A DNA stretch of 64,000 nt from Octopus sinensis (lineage: Eukaryota). The translations under genes and the position numbers were made by a program. The DNA lies in contig NC_043011.1 in NCBI RefSeq assembly GCF_006345805.1, positions 43,784,464-43,848,463 on the forward strand. Direction: 5' to 3'. Shown piece by piece: positions 54,640 through 64,000 of the stretch (within the stretch, counting starts at the first letter, position 1; every line of letters starts with the position of its first letter). The notes under the pieces are model-generated. The model saw nothing but the letters and a program-made list of their open reading frames with translations. It had not been told where the DNA came from and did not search any database.

Positions 54640-55067
54640 GCACGCACGCACAGACGTTCACTTGACGAATACATTTACAGGGCTACCATTTACCGGATAA
54701 ACACACATATTTGCCAAATATATTTTAGTGGGTGAACAGAATTAGAGGGCTAACAGGTATGCAGGGGCAAAACATAATTACAGCGCTAACAGGTTTAGAG
54801 GGCTAAGAGATTTCCTTGTTTGACATTCTTTTCTTTTACTTGTTTCAGTTATTTGACTGCGGCCATGCTGGAGCACCACCTTTTAGTCGAGCAAATCGAC
54901 TCCATGGACTTATTCTTTGTAAGCCTAGTACTTGTTCTATCAGTCGCCTAATGCCGAACCGCTAGATTACGGGGACGGAAACACACCGGTATCGGTTGTC
55001 AAGCGATGTTGGGGGGACAAACACAGACACACACATACTCACACACACACATACACACACACACACT

Positions 55068-55122
<55 letters not shown>

Positions 55123-56230
55123 GCGACGGGCTTCTTTCAGTTTCCGTCTACCAAATCCACTCACAAGGCTTTGGTCGGCCCGAGGCTATAGTAGAAGACA
55201 CTTGCCCAAGGTGCCACACAATGGGACTGAACCCGGAACCATGTGGTTTGTCAGGAAGCTACTTACCACACAGCCACTCCTACGCCTATTTACTAGTCTA
55301 AAAGATTTTCTGCGGGAACAGGTTTAGACGGCTGAGAAATTTTCTTGGTGAACATATTTACTGGGATAATAGATTAAGAGGGCTAACAGGTTTACTGAGT
55401 GAAGATATTCGCTGGGCTAACTTATTTACTGGGTTAACATATTTAGGGAAATAACAAATTGTTGTTTAACAGGTTTAGACTACAGACAGTTTTTTCTGGG
55501 TGAAGATACTAGGCTAACATATGTTTTGAGCGAACATATTTATTAGGCTAACATATTTACCGGATTAACAGATTTAGAGGGCTAACAAATTTTCTGGGTG
55601 AACATATTTTTTACATGAACATATTCACCGGGCTAACAAATTATTGGGTGAACACAGTGAATATATTTACTTGGTAAACATGAGATTTACTAGGCGAACG
55701 TATTTACAGGGTTAACGGATTTACTGGGTGAACATATTTATTGAACGACGTTATTTACTAGGCATATACATTTGGTAACGTATTTAGAAGGTGAATGCAT
55801 TTACTGCGCAAACATATTCACCAGGAAAGCAGATCTAGAGGGCTAAAGAATTTTCTGGGTGAACTTATTTACTAGGTGAACATGTTTACGGGATTCATCA
55901 TACGTATGTGTGTGTGTGTGTGTTTGTGTACATGCATGTGTATGAGTTTATATTTAAGTGTGCGTGCATATGTGAATGTAGATTCATCGGTGGTTATTAA
56001 ATTTATTAGGTGAACCGATTTACTGGGCTAACAAATTATCTGGGTGAACATACTTAGCAGGTGAACATATTCAGTGGGCAAACAATTTTTACCGAGTACA
56101 CATATTTTCTGGGGGGGGGAATATCTACTTGATGAACATATGCAGAGGCTGGAGATATTTACAGGGCTAATATGTTTATCTGGTTAACATATTTAGTGGG
56201 TTAGCATATTTTTCAGGGTTAACATATTTA
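54640..56230. repeat. Degenerate ~20-nt minisatellite (gtgaacatatttactgggctaac-like), split by a SINE
   Basis: Dozens of aacatattt / gggctaaca / ggtgaac variants at 54640-54815 and 55290-56230. Confidence 0.75.
54828..55287 (-). mobile_element. SINE family B inserted in a degenerate minisatellite
   Basis: Full head-to-tail match to the family; minisatellite units continue on both sides. Confidence 0.87.
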
Positions 56231-57219
56231 TAGCCATCACTGATTCACATGTGTTCGTAGTTTTAGGAAATTCATTGAAGAAAATATATGGATGCAGTTT
56301 TTAATGAGCTGAAGCAGGGAAACAAAATAAGCAAAAGCTAGAAATTTAAATACTAATTACTGAATCATTATATCTAATTAACCTTAATACATTTAATGAA
56401 TCCAGGACGATTTGATTATTGCTGTTTTTGTTGTTGTTTTTTGATGTTTAACCCTAAGTCAAACTGGATCATCTGAATTTTGCTATCCTCTTTAGCGTGC
56501 ACGCCACTTTGTCCTAAGTCTGCCTCGATTGAAGGGGGCTTGGATCTAGGTTAGAAATCGGTTCTTTCTCTATTAGAAACCGGTTCTTTCTCTATTGGCA
56601 AGAAATCTTGAAATGAAGCTGGCTACATACATCGGTGTAACGACTGTACACATGGTTGTTAACCCCAGATTTATCGTGAAGCACCGAACGTATAACTAAC
56701 GACGTTCCAAGTATGACCGTCACGTCATTTTCTCAGTCACAGAGTTATGAACTATACCACAGGGAGAATTCAACTACAAACAGACACATAGACAAACATA
56801 TACACAGATCGACACATTGTCACGCACAGACACACACATATACACACACACATACATTCATATGCATAGACCCAGAAAACGTACACACGCTTCTACATAT
56901 GCACACACATATACATATTCATACGAATCTAATATACGCGCATACACACAGACCTTGTCAAACACACATGCATACATACACAGACACACAAACACACATA
57001 AATAGATCTTACACACACACACACGTGAAAATGTCAAAGTGTAATTGGGTGATACAATTTTCCAGTTTAACGCCCAATTAACACATCAAGGTCGCGGGTT
57101 CGTCTCCACCTTTCGTTTCCGACCCCCGAGAAAAAAAATAGACGGCCTTTGTTTGCTGTAATCAACTTCCTAAATATATTAGTGACCCCACCGCCATCGA
57201 CACCATCGAGGTCACCGTC

Positions 57220-58935
<1,716 letters not shown>

Positions 58936-60249
58936 TTATATGGAAGAGAATCACAACAAACAAAAAGAAAAATAACATAGAACAATATAAACCAAAAAAG
59001 GCTAACAGCCCCCCCCCCTCTCAAAAATGGGGGTCTGCTTAAGGGAACTAGGTATTGCGGTAATGCCTGGGAAACACAATGAGGTAACATATCTATGTGA
59101 ACAATTGTTAGGGGTCAGCTGACGTTGGTGGGGGTGAAAAGAACCCTGAATCTAAGGAAGGTTAGAATATACACAACGGTGGTGGGGGGGGGGTGCGCTT
59201 ATTAAAGGTTTTGATAACACAGGTGGTGGTGGTGATGATGATGATGATGATGGGGGTGGGGGTGAAAAAGATGATGATGATGGGGGTGATGATGATGATG
59301 ACGATGATGATGATAATGACGGTGATGCTGATAATAGTAATAATAATGATGGTAATGATGATTGTGGATGGTGGTGATGGGATGAGTGGTGGAATGGTGG
59401 TGGTGGTTTTGGTGGTTTTAGTGGCGGTGTTAGTAGTGTTGATGATGATGACGATGACCACGTCAATGATGATGATGATGATGACGATGAATGGAGATGA
59501 ATTCCTTTTTTTTTTAAGATCTGCATGACGAATGGGGTATTTGGGTTGTTATGTCATTCCTAAAACGTTGAATCGATGTGCTGCTGGTTCGAGCCTTCCT
59601 TGTATATATCATAAATGATTTATCCAAAATCTGCACTGGCAAACAATACGCAGGAATATGATATATAGTAGGTTCCGTATATTGAGGGATGCGACCGCTC
59701 GGGAGTTTATGTCATCGATGGAAGGGTTTAGATAAAACGTTAAATTGGAAGTTCGAGAATAGGAAGCGACCGTGCAAAAAAAAAAAACAAGGGTCTTCCA
59801 TAAACCACCTTGCCCAGACTTGTGCCTCAGAGGGTAACTCTCTAGGTGCAAACCCATGGTCACTCATGACCGAAGGGGGTCTTCACTTTACTTTATATAT
59901 ATATATATATACATAAACTTGCGTATGTGTATATATATATATGTGTGTATACATATATGTATATACATATGTGTGTGTATATATATACATACATGCATAC
60001 ATATATACATACATGCATACATATATATATATATATCTGTGTGTGTGTGTATTTGTATACATGTTTATATAAGGAACAAAAGGCGGTGTAGTTGGATGGA
60101 ACCGTTAGGCCAATGAGAAATACATGTGGTATTCCTTTTGTTTTACGTTCTGAATCCAAATTGTATTGTCGTCAATATTTGCCTTTTTATCCCCCTCCTC
60201 CATCCCCCCATGCGTCAAGCAAATACTGGCATTATATAATCGGCTAATC

Positions 60250-60287
<38 letters not shown>

Positions 60288-60832
60288 CACACACACACAT
60301 TCAAATCTATAATAAACCTATAAATCTAAGTGTGTCTTAGAACACGAATAAAAAAATGGCCATAATCTGCTGTCTCCGAGGTGTAGAAAAAAGAAAACAA
60401 TAAACTAAAGAAAAGAAGGTAGAAGTGGTTAGGAAAGCCAAGTGACACAGAAAGAGATGGTGTATGTATCGCGAATTTGGAAGGGGTATATTTTGAAGAT
60501 GATAAAAATACTTAATGACAGAGTGCGATCCTTTTAGAGAAAAAGACAGGACATGAGAATAAAGAAATGTGAAACTGTTAACAGGACGGCGAAATATGTG
60601 TGCGGCATTCTTTCGCATTCTTACATGACCATTTACATAATATGAGCGCTTAAATATATTTTGAATGGATGTGTAATTACAGTCTCATCTTGAGAAAGAA
60701 AAAAAACATTAAACAAAACTGCGTTTCACATTTTCAAAAAGTGAAACAAGACTATCTTTTATCTTTTATACTTGTTTCAGTCATTGGAATGCGGTTATGT
60801 TGGGGTACCGCCTTGATTGTGACCGTCACCCT

Positions 60833-60900
60833 ATACCGGCGGGAATCGAACCCCGGTCTCCTGCTTGACAGGCAGATATACTTACCATTATACAACTAAT
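60833..60900 (-). pseudogene. tRNA-Asp(GTC)-derived sequence without a functional acceptor stem
   Basis: Minus strand gttgtataatggtaagtatatctgcctGTCaagcaggagaccggggttcgattcccgccgg follows eukaryotic tRNA-Asp through the D, anticodon and T arms. The 5' and 3' ends do not pair and the T stem lacks one C. Confidence 0.8.
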
Positions 60901-61100
60901 TTCCTTAATGAATGCGCATTGCTTTTCTTTGATCATCTGTCTGTCTTTCCATCTATCTTTCTCTCTCCCGCTCCTCCTATCTCTCTACATATACATATGT
61001 ATATGAATTTATGTACGTATGTATGTATGTATGTATGTATGTATGTATGTATGTATGTATTGTATGTAGGTCTGCATGTGTATATATATATATATATATA

Positions 61101-61155
<55 letters not shown>

Positions 61156-61970
61156 GGGCGTGTTTGTATGTATGTATTATGTTGAGCATGTGTGTCTATG
61201 TGTGAATATGTGTAGCCTATCATTTGAGCTACCGACTTTCCGTTGTCCCAGTTATCTTCTTTTTGTGTTTCATTAAAGGAAACTTAAAAGTTATTGTTTT
61301 GTTATTTACTGACAATTTCAAACGATTTTATGACAAAAAAATAGCTATAAAATTAAACGAAACACCACAAACTAATATGGTGTAAAATGTTGTCAAATAC
61401 ATCAGATCTGTTTTCATAAATAACTCTCGATGCATAAAATTTATCTAAATTGCTTGAGAACAAGAACTGACTTTTTTGTAGTAATCTTTCGAGAGGAGCG
61501 ACATCTATATATCTTAGAAAAATGTCGTTTGACCAATGAAATTTGAGGAAGATGCATATGACATGTAGGAATTCCAGTTCATAAATTAACTTTAATTTTA
61601 AAAGGTCATGCGATGATTCAACGTCTTTCACACGAGTCATTAAATTCAGCAGTAATATTGTAAATAAAAAAAAAAAATAAAGATTGTTTAAAAGTAGTTT
61701 AAAGAACGAAATACGTGTCATTATAATCGACAGTAATATTTCTGATAATGAAACCCCTCTAAAAAGGAAATGAATTTAGGAGCGCGACAGTGCCGCAAAC
61801 CCAATATAGGAGAAACAGGGGAAGGTCGCTTCAAGGTATTATAAGTACGCGAAAGAACTTCGAAGTTTTAAGATAGAGATTGGCGTGGCTGTGTGGTAGG
61901 AAGCTTGCTAACCGACCACATGGTTCTCGGCCCAGTTCTACCTTGGGCAAGTGTGTTCTACTATAGCTTC

Positions 61971-62092
<122 letters not shown>

Positions 62093-62097
62093 ATATA

Positions 62098-62131
<34 letters not shown>

Positions 62132-62166
62132 ATTATACTATATTCTATTATTATATATTATTATTA

Positions 62167-62198
<32 letters not shown>

Positions 62199-63442
62199 TA
62201 TTATTATTATTAAGGTGGCTTATTCGCAATTTACAACTACAAGGCACAAGTATAGACGTTACTGAGATGACTAAGGGTGTTAGTTAGCACCAGCATTGCT
62301 AGAAATAAGAGTCAAAATAACTCTTAGCCACGGTGTGTGTTTGTGTCTTTGTGTCTGTCCCCACCACCACTTCACAGCCTTGTCACAATCTGTGTCACGA
62401 GAACTACGTTAAGGGTACACGTGCCTGTGGGTACACGTGTCTGTGGGTATACTTGCACGTTAATTTCACGAGCAGGGGCTGTTCCGTTGATCGGATAAAC
62501 TGGAACACACGTCGTCGTAACCGACGGAATGCCAACCAGTGGTGGTGGGAAGTGTTGGTAATTGTGGGAAGTTTGGGGGTTGCAGGACGTGTAGTGACCG
62601 GTGGGAAGTGTAAAAGTTGTGGGAAATCTGGTGGGTTGGAAGTAGTGTTGTCGTTGAGGGAAGCGTAGTGGTTGTGGGATATGGTGGTTTGAATCTGTTG
62701 AGATTTAGAGATGCAAATGTACGGATTAGTGATTCCACAAATTAGCTTTCTTAGAATATTTGAGGACGTGTGCGGTAGGTTGAGGGTGTGTATGATGTTA
62801 CCCCACTTAGTGGTTTTCTGGAAATTGGAAGGGTGATGAGGTCCATGACGGTGTTGGCGGAGTCGGTGAAGGTGTCAATGGTGGTCGTGGTGATGATGAT
62901 GATGATGATGTTGATGGGGATTGTGGTTGTAGTGGTGGTGCTGGCGGTATTGTTGTTGGTGGTGCTGCTGATACTGGTTGTTGTTGTTGTTGTTGTTGTT
63001 AAGCAACAAGATGGGTAAGGGTGATTAGGTGATGGTCTTGGGCTTAGGAGCGGGAGACCCCAGACCTTGGGAAAAAAAACAAACTTTGGTCGCCTTTTTG
63101 TAGTCGAGGGCTCTTCGTTGACGCCCGACACCACTGGGGGGGGGGGCTCGAAGTCGCTGGAAATGGAGATCTCCGGGTCCAAATTCTTGAACGGCTGCTG
63201 ATGCTGGTGCTGTGTTGATTAGGGCATTGACAACGGTGACGTTGGGGATGCTGCTGCTGATGATGATGATGAAAATGGGAAGAGGAGAGAGAAGAAGGAG
63301 GAGGATAAGGAGAAGGATGGTGACAGCTTGTGTTAGACGACGGTCAAGTTGAGAATAATGATGGTGACGACGATAATGGCGACTGCGGCGGTCACGCGGG
63401 TGGCGCGTCTGAGGGTAGTTGTAGTGTTAATCTTGGTGATGA

Positions 63443-63476
<34 letters not shown>

Positions 63477-63625
63477 GATGGTGGTGTTGGTGACGGGGGA
63501 TAATTATAACGATGACGGTTGCGATGACAGCAATAACAGGCAATTATAAAAATATTAAGGTCATTTTTATAAATAAGTGGACACCCCTCCCCTCAACCAC
63601 GTACCTTGTTGCATGTCGCCAAATG

Positions 63626-63675
<50 letters not shown>

Positions 63676-64000
63676 CACACAGCACACACCACACACACCG
63701 ACCTACTGCATCTGTCTAACAAAGTTGTCAAGGAAGCTTTACAAAAAATATTTTGTCGGACTGATATTCTATTTAATAACCTTGTTGTTATCGTTGTTGT
63801 TGTTGTAGCTTCTACTGTTGCTGTGACCTTCGTAGTTGCTGTTGCTATTGCTGTTGCTGTTGTTACTGTGGCAGCTGATGTTGTGTTGTTATTGCTGCTG
63901 CTACTGTATAATATTTCCACTGAAGTCGCCAGTAATTGTTAGAAATAAAAATTTTACATTCAACACAAAAGACAGAATAAGAAGGACGTCATCAGGAATG

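Overview
This is AT-rich, microsatellite-saturated eukaryotic DNA. The repeat types (tRNA-head SINEs, CR1-like and REL-type LINE fragments, dense TA/CA/AAT/TAG tracts) look like a coleoid cephalopod, most likely Octopus; this is recognition from memory, not a database result. The only well-supported protein-coding gene is the 3' part of a minus-strand PAP2-family lipid phosphate phosphatase (PLPP1/PLPP3/wunen type). It has four exons I could assemble by hand (4387-4089, 3100-3043, 2363-2187, 1535-1389), with all three catalytic motifs present. I could not find its first coding exons, so most of 4.4-64 kb is probably intron or upstream sequence. The rest is nested mobile DNA: two CR1-like RT fragments, three REL-endonuclease (R4/Dong-like) fragments next to (TAA)n, a TcMar-like element carrying a Helitron and a SINE, several modular SINE families and a 100-N gap. 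Almost all ORFs in the supplied track are microsatellite translations. The most interesting fine-scale signals are: (1) a minimal type I hammerhead ribozyme motif at 39287-39336 on the gene strand; (2) a consensus recursive-splice-type site (polypyrimidine tract-AG|GTAAGT) at 22775/22774; (3) a 15-nt piece of the host exon copied into a SINE insertion junction; (4) a LINE/SINE 3' stem-loop with compensatory changes; (5) a tRNA-Asp head fused to that same tail; (6) two long foldback palindromes; (7) a CpG-rich 133-codon open frame near 63.2 kb.
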